A stretch of DNA of 64,000 nt from Paraspadella gotoi (lineage: Eukaryota; Animalia; Chaetognatha), in NCBI GenBank assembly GCA_051294375.1, contig CM119263.1:17818628-17882627 (forward strand). The letters are read 5' to 3'. The notes under the pieces are model-generated. The model ran no database searches, was not told the DNA's origin, and worked only from the letters and a program-made list of their open reading frames with translations. Numbering within the stretch: the first letter of the stretch is position 1; every line of letters starts with the position of its first letter. The translations under genes and the position numbers were made by a program. Positions 31,935-42,734 of the stretch are shown here, piece after piece.

Positions 31935-33326
31935 TCAAAGGACGTAAGGCAAGACTCTCGCTAAGATGCCGGCGATTATGAGGATGGTCACCGCAACTGC
32001 GACGCTGGCAATGGCCCATCGGAGCGCCAACATTCCTTGACGACGAGAGAGTTCGAAATCGCCTGAAATTCAATACGCAGGAAATGGAGAGATATTTTAA
32101 ATGGCATGGTCAAAAATCTGAGAAGCCTCGTGCCCGAGGCGGGGAAATCCGTCTCCCTACCTTTCTCGAAGCTCTCTTCAGATCGGCAGGACATGACCCA
32201 GGCCACAGCGCCCAAGGGACAGCAGGCGAAAAACGAGGTGATGATCGCGAGCAGTCGGTGATTTCGCGGTTTTCTGGGCGCCGGTTGGATCACCGTCATG
32301 CCCGGTTGGGCCGTCAGCGCCGCCGGGCCTCCGGCATTCTATGAGTCGGTGAAAGAGTTCAATTTACAATTACTACGAACATATGGATTATGGAGTGGAT
32401 TTTTTTTACTTAATAAGAGATTAATTCCGTTCGTTTTTGACGAAGAACAAATTTTAATTCGAGATTATTTCAATCAGGGGAAAGCGAATAATTAAAATAG
32501 TTTCTGGAAATCAAAATATTCAAAATTCAGTCGAGAAAAAAGAATATTTAAGTTTTTAGATATACCTAGTTCTGGCGACTCGAGTTGACCTCGGTCATCA
32601 AGATAACCTCAATCACAAAGAATCCTTTCACCGAACTACAGTGACGCCTCCATCGTTGTCGTCGGTGGCTGACCTTTTCTTCTCCTTACATTGTAAAGTT
32701 TCTTTCATTCAAATTTCACGTTTTTCTCTCTTTTTAATCGACGTCCAAAGTATTGTTATCAACTACATTTCAACCTCTTCTTCAAGTATATCGTCCGTTT
32801 ATTATTGTTTTGAATATTTGTAATACGTAAGGAAATGTAGAACGCTTTTTGCCTTTGTTATTGACTTTTTAAGTAGTTATTATAAAATTAATTAAATCGA
32901 ATCAACGATTTTATTCTTTGTGACGAGGGTTTCCAAATAGTAGATATTTTTTATATTTTTAAAAATAGTGAATTTCGGCTTCGATCTCCACTAACGTGGT
33001 AGCAATGGTTTAAAATTAATGTAGAATTTAGATTTTTTATTTTTGATGAGAAACTTTGAAAGTTGACTTGTTTTTAAAACGTAAAATTAAAACAGGAATA
33101 ACGGCACCTGCGTCAAGGGAGAATCCCAACTGGATCTTCGCTCTTGATTCGCTTCTTGACGCGGGTAATTGACGAAGCCTTGCTGCGGGTAGTTTACCGG
33201 TTGCTGGCGTGGGTACTGGAGTGGTTGTTGGCTATATTGGGGTGGTTCTTGGACCGGGTAGGGGGGCGGCTGCTCTCCGCTGTAGACCGTAGGCTGGATA
33301 GTGTATGACGTCATATCCTTGGACAT
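31935..33326 (-). CDS. CD225/dispanin (IFITM/PRRT-like) membrane protein C
   Basis: Exons 33326-33108 (P/Q/Y-rich, PPPY), 32338-32161 (KPRNHRLLAIITSFFACCPLGAVAWVMSCRSEESFEK), 32062-31935 (GDFELSRRQGMLALRWAIASVAVAVTILIIAGILARVLPYVL*). GT-AG sites in phase; CD225 pattern CC-P-LG-x-xA...S...GD plus C-terminal TM helix. Confidence 0.88.
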
Positions 33327-33590
33327 TTCGGCGAGTGATGGTAAATGTTTGGTTTTTAAAAGCGACCTAAAAATCTAAAAATTTAATAATAGGAAAAATC
33401 AATCATAAGATTAGGTCATTAGTCAATATATTTGTAAACTTTTTAACTACAAGACACGAAAAGGTTTTTTAAAAAAGTCCCATTACTGATGTTCTATTTT
33501 TGATATATGATTCAGTAATCATGCGCAGTAGATTATTATATTCCTAAAAACAGGTTTGGGTTTGAGTCACGAGATTCTGTGCTGACGTTG

Positions 33591-33638
<48 letters not shown>

Positions 33639-34048
33639 CGGAGTTGCTTGTTGCTCCTACCTCAGAAATGTTAAGCCAGCCTTGCCTTTCCGAACCGACC
33701 TAACGATAATAGGAACATGAGATAAATTGAAATTAAAAGATATATTAATTAAACATCGAATACCCCCCAAAAAGTTTATATGATTAATAAAAAAAGAAGA
33801 AATTATAGTCTTTGATATATTCGTGACTAAGTGCAAGTCTTAGATCAACCAGCCCAAAATCGTCCGTTTGTCTATTGTTGTTATTTGATAATGTTTTTTT
33901 GGAATACTGAAAGGAATGCAAACAAAAACAGATGTACGTAGAAAGGATTTAGAGTCTACTACAATGTACACGGGCCATCTTTTTTCAAGTGTGCATAAAC
34001 ACCATTGTATGGTGGACTAAAATCCACTAACCGTTGATGACCAATGTC

Positions 34049-34321
34049 CTAGATGGGCAAATGATGATCAAACGTAAACATTTCTTCTTTCTTCTTTTCC
34101 ATATCACCCGCACTGAGCATATCGTCGATGGTATATAAATGATGGGTATATCGATCCATGATCATATTGATGACCGAATCAACATGGCGATATTCCCTGT
34201 GAAAGGCCTGATTGACTTCCGTCAAGACGTGAAGAATCGAACCCAGTTTGAATGTCACTGATGAGCGACCGATGATTTCAGAGACTTTTGGAATGGGGTT
34301 CACGCTCATTGGGTCAGTCAT
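34049..34321 (-). CDS. Intronless 90-aa ORF of unknown function
   Basis: ATG-to-stop ORF with non-repetitive composition in an AT-rich background; no recognisable motif; flanked by mobile-element fragments. Confidence 0.3.
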   Translation of the reverse strand: MTDPMSVNPIPKVSEIIGRSSVTFKLGSILHVLTEVNQAFHREYRHVDSVINMIMDRYTHHLYTIDDMLSAGDMEKKKEEMFTFDHHLPI

Positions 34322-34445
34322 AATTATGGATCAGTGATGATGTTTAAAAAAACTTTGTGAAACTGTTGTTTTATCAATCAAAATATTTAGAGGAAGTTTC
34401 ATATTGAATTTTTACAAAGATTTTTATTTCATGAGGAAAAAAAGG

Positions 34446-34479
34446 GACATGTTTCGGCTTTCATACATGTCTTCATCAG
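34446..34479 (-). ncRNA. Minimal (PLE-type) hammerhead ribozyme motif, inverted copy
   Basis: Reverse strand reads CTGATGAAGACATGTATGAAAGCCGAAACATGTC. Confidence 0.55.
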
Positions 34480-34854
34480 CGCAAATTTAATTTGTGAAAT
34501 GTTTGACATTTTTGTGCAAAAAGAAAGTGAGAGAGAGAGAGAGGGCAAAGTTTCCAACACAGAGTTGAGGGAAGGATAGTGGTCTGTTGTGAGGACGGGT
34601 TAAGGGGAGGACAGATAGGTTAGTTTGTGAAAAGAAATTGAAATGGTGGGAGAGAGAGGGAGAGAGAGAGAGACATTAAGAAAAAATGTGCAATGTACAA
34701 CAAAGATAAAAGTTTTTAAACTAAAGTGAAATAAACAAATATTGTTAATAATTAACTACTATAAATTAGCGAATATGTTAGAAACTTTATCCTCTTTCTC
34801 TATCTCTCTCCTTTTAGCACAAATATGTCAAACATTTCACAAATCAAATTGGCG

Positions 34855-34888
34855 CTGATGAAGACTTGTATGAAAGCCGAAACATGTC
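34855..34888 (+). ncRNA. Minimal (PLE-type) hammerhead ribozyme motif, degenerate
   Basis: CTGATGAAGACTTGTATGAAAGCCGAAACATGTC: CUGAUGA core, GAAA, palindromic ACATGT stem III, GUC cleavage triplet; stems I and II are imperfect. Confidence 0.55.
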
Positions 34889-35250
34889 CCTTTTTTTTCC
34901 TCATGAAATAAAAATCGTTGTAGAAATTCAATATCAAACACAACGAAACGAAAGGAATATATCACGAATCAAAATATTTAAATGCGAAAAAATTATGATT
35001 TATATAATAAATTATAATATATATATATTAAAAAAATATATTAAAATATATATAATATTATAAAATTATGTAAGTTATATTTCTTTGCCACCAATTTTCA
35101 AAACTTTGCCTCAAAATTATATTTTTTAGTTTTTTAATTTAATTTAATATGAGACTTTTTTGCCGCGAATCTTAAAACTTTTTGCCTCAAAAATTTATTT
35201 ATAAATTCGCCTCAAATTATTTTTTTTTTGGGTCTCGATCTTTTTTTCAG

Positions 35251-35576
35251 ATTTTCAAGCGAAACAATGACGACGACGAGAGACGGAGAGACGGAGGAAG
35301 AAGGACAAAGATCATTTTGGAGAAATGGAATTATGTAAGTAAAAAGTAAAAAAAGTCCCAGTAGTTTTTACATTAATTTTTTTTTTAATTATTTCAGAAT
35401 TTTACATTTTGGTTATCGCCACCATCATTTTCGGCGTCGGCATCATTTTCGGCGTCGGCGTGATTTTTCGCCGTCAACTGCGACTGTTGTGGGCGACTGC
35501 GTGGCGGCGGCGTCAACAACACAACGAAGTTTTTGTCTTGGAAGATGAAGAGCAACGGGGGTCGAGAGAAAGATAG
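35251..35576 (+). CDS. Possible terminal exons of a single-pass membrane protein
   Basis: tttcag acceptors at 35250 and 35397, gtaagt donor at 35335; 35398-35576 reads FYILVIATIIFGVGIIFGVGVIFRRQLRLLWATAWRRRQQHNEVFVLEDEEQRGSRER* (TM helix plus basic stop-transfer). The two exons are 1 nt out of phase. Confidence 0.35.
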
Positions 35577-36775
35577 AGAGAGGAGAGATGAGTTTGGGAG
35601 TTTGGGAGAGTGGGTGAGAGAGATTAGAGAGGAAGAAGAAAGAGAGGAAGAAAGTGACGAAGAGGAGGAGACAGAGTTCGATCTCCCGAGATACTTTAAT
35701 ACATTTTAAAGTATCTAACACCTCTCAGATTTTTTCTTGTACAGTTTTTTTTTCTTTTTAGTTAGGGGTACAAGAGTAGTATTACATTTTATTGTATTGT
35801 CCATCATATAAATAAACGTGGATCATCAATCAGCTTTTTTTCTCAGCTAAAACAACAGTAAAAAAATGAGCGATTCAAATCCGATTTTTCCAAGTACTTC
35901 TCTCAAACTGAAACGATAGGATCAGATTAAAACACTCGTCTTCGCTTCGCTTATCGTTATCACTGATGGCCACAGTGATCAGTGATCACAGTGACTCTTA
36001 AGCGCGGAGTCGCTTTTCTTTCATTTTTCCCCCCAAGTTTTAACAGTTAATTTTTAACGCTGATTGTGAAGTTATCTGATATAAAAATAACATTTTTTGG
36101 TGATAAAAAGTCAGTTTGGTGATTTGTTACTATAAAAAAAATTATCATTTAAAACCTAACTTAATTACTATGGTAACTATTGTTTATCAACAAAGTCGAC
36201 TTGCATAATTTTTTTCTCAGTTAAAATTGTTATTTTTGATTGCTTTTAAAGGTAAACCGTAATAATTATGATCAAATATTATTCATATTATTAAAAAAAA
36301 GTTTTTTGTTCTAGTTCATGATACATTAACTATTAAAAAAATGGAAACTGAAGGATGGATCGTAGGATCCACTTTCAAAGTAAAAATTCTGCTTCTTCAG
36401 ACATTTACCCTCTGAGGAAAATCTTTAAAACATAGCAACTATCCTATTCCTAGCGAGAATGTTACGAATTGGTAGGAAAAAAATCAAGTATTTTTCTATT
36501 AGTATCAAAAAAATTTATAACCCGATCGCTCTTCGTTTCGATTATATTACAAGTTTTTTTCGTACCACTCCCTGTATCTCGCCTCGCATTAAGGTTTTCT
36601 TATTGAAGTTATATGTTTCATTTACAGTTTTAACCTTGCGCAATGCACATGCTGGTCAAATCGTTCAAATTATACTCGTTTTATAAAAAAAGGACTGCTG
36701 AATTTTTTTTTCAAAACCAGTTTATATTTTCACCATAATTTACAGTGATAGACAATTGTTGAACAATGAACATAA

Positions 36776-37033
36776 TGAAGAGACAGTACTTATTGTTGTG
36801 TTAGTGACAGAAGCGTTCAATATAAGCAAAAATAATTCAGCAGTCGCTGAGTTTCGAATCAGGCTGTGACACCGTGTTACAGGCGGGTTAAGCGCCCTGT
36901 CCCTCTTAACTGTTAGAACTGTTAGAACTGCTAGAACTGCTAGAAACCCGGACCTTTGGGTTGGGAGGCGAATGACTGGCCTCCGGCACCAATGGCCGCT
37001 GATGAACGGATGGTGGATTTTAGTCCACCATAA
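36776..37033 (-). mobile_element. tRNA-derived SINE-like repeat, copy 1
   Basis: Diverged reverse complement of 39086-39319; has an internal tandem expansion of CTG(T/C)TAGAA. Confidence 0.7.
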
Positions 37034-37035
37034 TA

Positions 37036-37620
37036 CACGGATTTCAAATGGGAGTGAAATGAAAGGATTAAATACTGTGGCTAAATTATTTGTTATTGCA
37101 ACTTCAGATTTTACATCCTAGTAAAAAATCGCTGTCGTTTTTTATTTTTTAACTCCCAGTAGTACAGCTTGCTTACTTTCTTAGTTATGTGCTCATCAAT
37201 GACATGATCGAATTTCAAAAAAACATTTTTTTTGCATTTGAATAGGACCTTCCTGTTAAAAGATATATTTTTATGAAAAAAAATGAAATGTTTAAAAATT
37301 TCGGTTTATCTTACAGATATATACATTGAAGTCTGAGCAATCTGAATGTAAAAGAATTTAAAAATTTAAGAATTGAATTTAACAAATTGTCTTAATTTTT
37401 TCCCTATAAGTTTAAAATTGAATTATCAAATCAGAGGGGAAAAATGTTGGAAAAAAAGCTGCTGGAAGGCAAATGCACTGGTTGCTATGGTGTACTTTGC
37501 TTTATAGGAACATAAACGTCAGGGACTTTTCCAACTAATAAAATGAAGAAATATTAATCACAGTCAGTCAGTAAAGAGTTATAACAATTCTTTTCATTTC
37601 ACTCCCATTTGAAATCCGTG
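37036..37620. mobile_element. 585 bp MITE with 29 bp perfect TIRs and TA target-site duplication (Tc1/mariner-type)
   Basis: TA|CACGGATTTCAAATGGGAGTGAAATGAAA ... TTTCATTTCACTCCCATTTGAAATCCGTG|TA; no coding capacity. Confidence 0.85.
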
Positions 37621-37843
37621 TAATTTCATAATTTTTTTTGTTTTGTAATATTCATATTTACAACGTTTACCAGTTTTGTGTTTTCGGCTTATATTACTGA
37701 AGTCTCTGAAATGATGCCGGCAAATTTTATTTATTCTTTAAAATGTAAACGGAAATTGATACGGAAATTTCAGAAGTTTCTTAGAGCTGTGCGATAAGTA
37801 CTAAGTATTAAGTAGTTAACCATAATGTAAGATTATTATTATT

Positions 37844-38588
37844 TATTGTCGAATCTGCTTATCAGCAGATCCCGACTCTATAATTAACTTTGTCGGTCCG
37901 TCGGTCCGCCCCCCCAATCTTGTCGGGCATTCACTTATATCATGTAAGAACATCGAATCATGATAAAGTATGCAAAAAAACGATGTCAATCCATCCATCT
38001 GTCTGTCCGTCTGTCTGTTCGTCCGTCCGTCCGTCCCACCTTAACAAAAAAACACCAATTACTCGTGATTGGATGGATGGATTGGAATGAAATTTTGTAT
38101 GTGGTTAGTAAACTGTGTGATTGAGCTGGATATGAAGTTTCGATGGAAATGAGTTTAAATGGAAAAAACCAAAAAAATATATTTCATTATTTGAACACCA
38201 ATTACTCATGAATGGATGGGGCAATTGACCAGAAATTTTGTATGTAGCTAGGAAAGTGTGTGATTAAGCTGGAAATCAAGTTTCGATGGAATCGTTAGAG
38301 TGGAAATGAGTTTAAATGGAAAAATACAAAAAACCTGTTTCACTAATTGATTATGCTTCTTTTTCTTTTTATATTAAATATAAATGTAAGATGTTTAAAT
38401 TAATCAAATAATTAATCAGTTAATTAATCAATTAGTCAATTAATTAATCAATTATTAATTAATCAGTCAATTAATCAATCAAAACAAACATTCAAGTTAA
38501 TTAATTAATTAACTTGAATTAATTATTAATTATTTAATTACCGATAATGATCGTGGGCAGATCCGACATTGTTTGCTCAAACTTGTTT
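37844..38588 (+). mobile_element. HINE/DINE-1-like non-autonomous Helentron element
   Basis: Subterminal inverted repeats TGTCGAATCTGC (37847) and GCAGATCCGACA (38557), 5' hairpin, (GTCC/GTCT)n microsatellite, two ~145 bp internal tandem units (~38053-38345), T-rich ends. Confidence 0.65.
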
Positions 38589-38640
38589 AAAAACAAATCG
38601 GTTTAATGAACAAACCGTTATACCGTGTTAGTAAACTATT

Positions 38641-39978
38641 CTAGGGGCAATTGTCCTGACAGTTGATCCGATAATAAGAGCTCGACATTCTGCCGCAAGC
38701 GGTGCACGTGTAGCAATCGTATACCCCGAAATAATTATCACCGCAAAAGGGCCTCTCGAGCGAAAAAGAATTATTAGTATTTTTGACCGCGTCATTGATG
38801 AACTTGTAGAAGTAGACGAAGTAGATGACGACAGCGACGATGACTAAGATGACGCTCAAGATGATGCCGGCGATGGAGATCCCCATGGAGGCTCGACCGC
38901 GGGAACGCGCTTTGGCCGTGTCGCCTGAGCATCAAATTAGAGGTCAAACCGAATTTATGAGACTTTGACCTCATCGAAACGAGGTCAAATTCTGGTCATC
39001 ACAAATCAGGCTTCACTTTCGTTTCGATTACTATTTATTGTATTCAATCACAGAACAATCTTCTCCGAGAAGGAAATTAAGCTCTTATGGTGGACCAAAA
39101 TCCACCAACCGTTCATCAGCGGCCATTGGTGCCGGAGGCAAGTCATTCGCCTCCCAACCCAAAGGTCCGGGGTTCTAGCCCGGTGGCCGCCTAGCAGTTA
39201 AGAGGGACGGGGGTCTTAACCCGCCTGTAACATGGTGTTACAGCCTGATCCGAAGCTCAGGGACTACTTATATTGAACGGTTCTGTCAATAAAACATATA
39301 AATAATCACTGTCTCTTCACTCTTCGACGAAATTTTCGGCAATGAGTTTCGACGAGACCCAACTTTGGGAATAAAGTCACAAACACCTCCTCACCTATCC
39401 ACTGGATAGACACTGGATAGTATCCAGTGTCCAACTGTGCATCTTAATCTCTCGATCTTGATCTGTCGATATTTAGGCACGGCTCAGTGATCTGACTCTG
39501 TCTCTGACTCACCCTCATCGTAACTTTGATCGGAAAGACAAGAAAATATCCAAGCGATCAGGCCGAACAACGGATTGCAGCAAAACGTGGTCAATACGGC
39601 CAAGACTAAGTAATTCTGCGGCTTCGGAGACGGCGGTGGTTGCGTTACGATGAAATTCGGTTGTTGCATCACAGGATATTGTGGCGGAGGTTGCGCGTAA
39701 GGACCCTGTTGATCGTTGAAGGGGAAAAAATATGAGATCATTTAGTTCCTCTTTTTTTTTTCTCTTCCTAATTCGTCGTTGAAAAAGATTCGGGAGGGGG
39801 GGAACTCTTTGATGGGAATTTAGCAAAAAATTATTCTAACGTACTGAGAGTAACTTTCGTAATCTCGCCGCCGTTTTAACGATCACCAATGATTGGTTAT
39901 CAGTTATTAGTCGATTGTTACCTGATAATAGGTCGACGGGGGCGCAGGCGCAACGTTCTCCCCATTGGGTTTGTCCAT
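38641..39978 (-). CDS. CD225/dispanin membrane protein B with a Cys-rich C-terminal extension
   Basis: Exons 39978-39922 (MDKPNGENVAPAPPSTYYQ), 39705-39513 (PPPQY...KPQNYLVLAVLTTFCCNPLFGLIAWIFSCLSDQSYDE), 38924-38641 (GDTAKARSRGRASMGISIAGIILSVILVIVAVVIYFVYFY...NCQDNCP*); all phases consistent. Confidence 0.92.
39086..39319 (+). mobile_element. tRNA-derived SINE-like repeat, copy 2 (in a dispanin B intron)
   Basis: A-box-like TGGTGCCGGAGG, anticodon-arm-like ATTCGCCTCCCAA, B-box-like GGGTTCTAGCCC; inverted copy at 36776-37033 and a head fragment at ~34009-34040. Confidence 0.7.
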
Positions 39979-42356
39979 CTTTGTTTTGTTTGCTGAAAGG
40001 AGATACACTTCAAAATAGGATTTTATTCCTTTACAATGTTGATTTCCTATTATAAATGAGATATTGCCTTATATGAACAAAAATTCCGAAGGTTTTCGTG
40101 TCTATCGTTCGTGCCTCTCGAATCAATCTTACGCACATGCGATGTGTTGAATCATGAGTTTTGAAAAATTAGTTTTATGTATTTTATACATAGTGATACT
40201 TAATAAATAATAATCAGAAAATTCTGATTGAAAATAAATGATATTCGATTATTTTGTTTTTCTCTTTTTCTAGACGTTAATTTTTAATGTCGAGAAACTT
40301 CAATTTGAAAACTTTAAATTTATTTTTCACTTGAGATATTTTCAGGATTTCTCGTGATGCTTTCAATACATAATGATAAAGTGATTAAAATACCTAATAT
40401 TCTATTTATAATTAATTTATAATTAATTTATATATTTATAACTTCAAGCGATGCCTGCCACGACATAAACGCAACTTCATATTCTAACTTGATAGTTGTT
40501 GAAAAAAAGGTTTATTTTAAAAGCACTAATAATTTAATATAAAGATATATTTTCATCATGGAGAAAAGTCCATTTAACAAAGAAAAAAACAAACATTTTT
40601 TTCCCAAATAAGTCATCATCAGTGGCAAAAAGTGAGAAAACGAGAAAAATTAGTAGAGAGATAAGGGAGAGAGCGAGAGAGAGAGAGAAATGACGGCACA
40701 GCAGCGGCCCAGGAATCAACCACGTTTTTTGAATAGATTGCCTGGGCCCCAGGAAATCTGTTCAAAAAACGGGTTTGCTTTTGGCTAGGGACCAAAAGTT
40801 TTTTTTTTTTACCTAAAACATTGATTAATTAAAAAATATTTTAATTGATGACACCATCAAAGGTGGAATCTAAACCAAGGAATCGAATCATAGTCGAGTT
40901 CTGGTTTCCGGGAACGACATGAATGAGAAAAAAAGAAAATAACGTCAGAAGTGTTAGTATTTCATAAAAAGTCTAAAGATACAGTTGCAGCTGTTGCTTG
41001 TTGCGGAATTAAGGCTGCAAAAAAGATCAATCCCGAAACTACGCGGTTGATATTTTTTTTTTCAGAAAAGACGAATTATTAGTTTTATTTGTAGTTTATT
41101 AGCATCCTTTATTAGCAATATTCCAACAATGGGAGGAGTTGCCAGGCCAATGATTTTTTATCTAGAGAAATTTGTGCAGAGATCCACTATGATCTTGAGA
41201 CCCGAGGTCCAATGATCTTGATAGGGCGCAGTTGTTCCTCCTTCTTTTAGGAAGCAGTTGAACCCTTGTTACACTTCTTTTTCTGGAAAAACCTAGCCTC
41301 CCCTTCCTCCTCATATACACCGAATGTAGCTGCATTCGGGCATACATCCCGCCTATAAGCATGACATCTTCCGTCGTCACCCGGCCGCTCATTGAGTAGT
41401 ACCATCAGCTCATGACAATTAGGTGCGGGGATCGAACCCCCATGGTAACTACCCTGCGAAGAGCGTGAGGACGCCCATAAACCGTCTTGAGGGCCTGGAA
41501 TGACCTCAAGCCTGGTTCCAAGCCCAGGACAAGTTCCGTAGTCTTCAGCCCACTTAGCGCCTTATCCACATGGCCCTTCATTGCCATTGGTGCCATGCTT
41601 AAGAAACTGGACTCACTCAGCTAGTCTCTTTTCCCCATTGGTGTGGAGTTCGGCCCTTCCTTCACTTCACTTCACATATTCTCATTTAATGATTTGTGTT
41701 TCAGTAACTGGTGACCTTCCTCTAACTAAAAGCCGAGAAGTGACGTGAAGGCTAGTTACTAGTAGTTAGACGAGAAGACTTCTCAGATTACTCTCCCTTC
41801 CTTTCTAACCTTTGATAGCTCGGTAGCGGCGAGAAGACTTAGATAGCTCTCTCTACCATTACATAGCCGAGCAGTGACGAGATCCTTTCAAATCCCGAAT
41901 TTTTTTAAAATGACTTGAGATGAGTTGAGATTTAAGAAGAGTGTTACACATCTCGCACGATCAGTTCCAACAGATCAGTTGGGAGGAGAGGGACGGAGAC
42001 GCTTTTGTTTTGATTTGACGAAAGATTTGACGTAAGCGCAATCTTTGTCCCACCGAGCGGTAGATCGAGGGGCTGCCTCTTTGTTTCAACCGCCGAAGGT
42101 CGGAAATTATTTTTAAGGATTATTAATGATTATTAGGGAAAATTAATTATTATGTATCCCTTGGTTGTTATCATAAAGAACAAAATATTGAAATTAATTC
42201 ATATTTTATTTTTCTATTTAATGTGAACAAGAACACCGAGTCATAAATACTAAAAAAATTTATAGTTCCAAATATCGAAGGCGAATAATGAAAACAATTT
42301 TCAAAATAACATCGCAAGAGTAAACAGTTGAGAAAATATTTTACAAATTAGGATAT

Positions 42357-42667
42357 CAACAAGAACGGTAATTCCAATGTGTTGTGCCGCGTATTCATAT
42401 GTATTTCCCTTTGATCACATGATATGACATGACATGACATGCACTGCATCAAAATTCTGTCTTTTATTCCTTATAGTTTTAGGAATTCCTAAAGGCGGCG
42501 ATAGCAGTCCATTAGATTTGAGGTTTTTTCTGTCTTAACAAATGAGCAACCAACTATAGACAAATTATAAGCATTTTTAACGGCGGACAGACATACCGAT
42601 CGAACGACAGACCGAACGAAAAGTGACTTATAGAGTTGCTTCGCGAATACTCGCGGCGCAACAAAAA
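42357..42667 (-). mobile_element. Short HINE-like repeat (second family); another copy at 47291-47541
   Basis: Shared AAAGGCGGCG...TAACAAATGAGCAAC...(GACA/GACC)n...AAAAGTGACTTATAGAGTTGC with terminal hairpin CGCGA(A/G)TACTCGCG. Confidence 0.6.
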
Positions 42668-42734
42668 ATCTTTCAAAAATTATAATGATAATATAATACT
42701 ATTTATTTAAACAAGCTTCCGAAATCGAAATTTT

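Larger units (their letters stand above)
34401..34934. mobile_element. Penelope-like element remnant: ~125 bp inverted terminal repeats, each with a minimal hammerhead motif
   Basis: 34401-34527 is the near-perfect reverse complement of ~34808-34934; each arm has CTGATGA-agac...gcc-GAAAC-AT-GTC followed by AAATAAAAAT, pointing outward. Confidence 0.7.
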
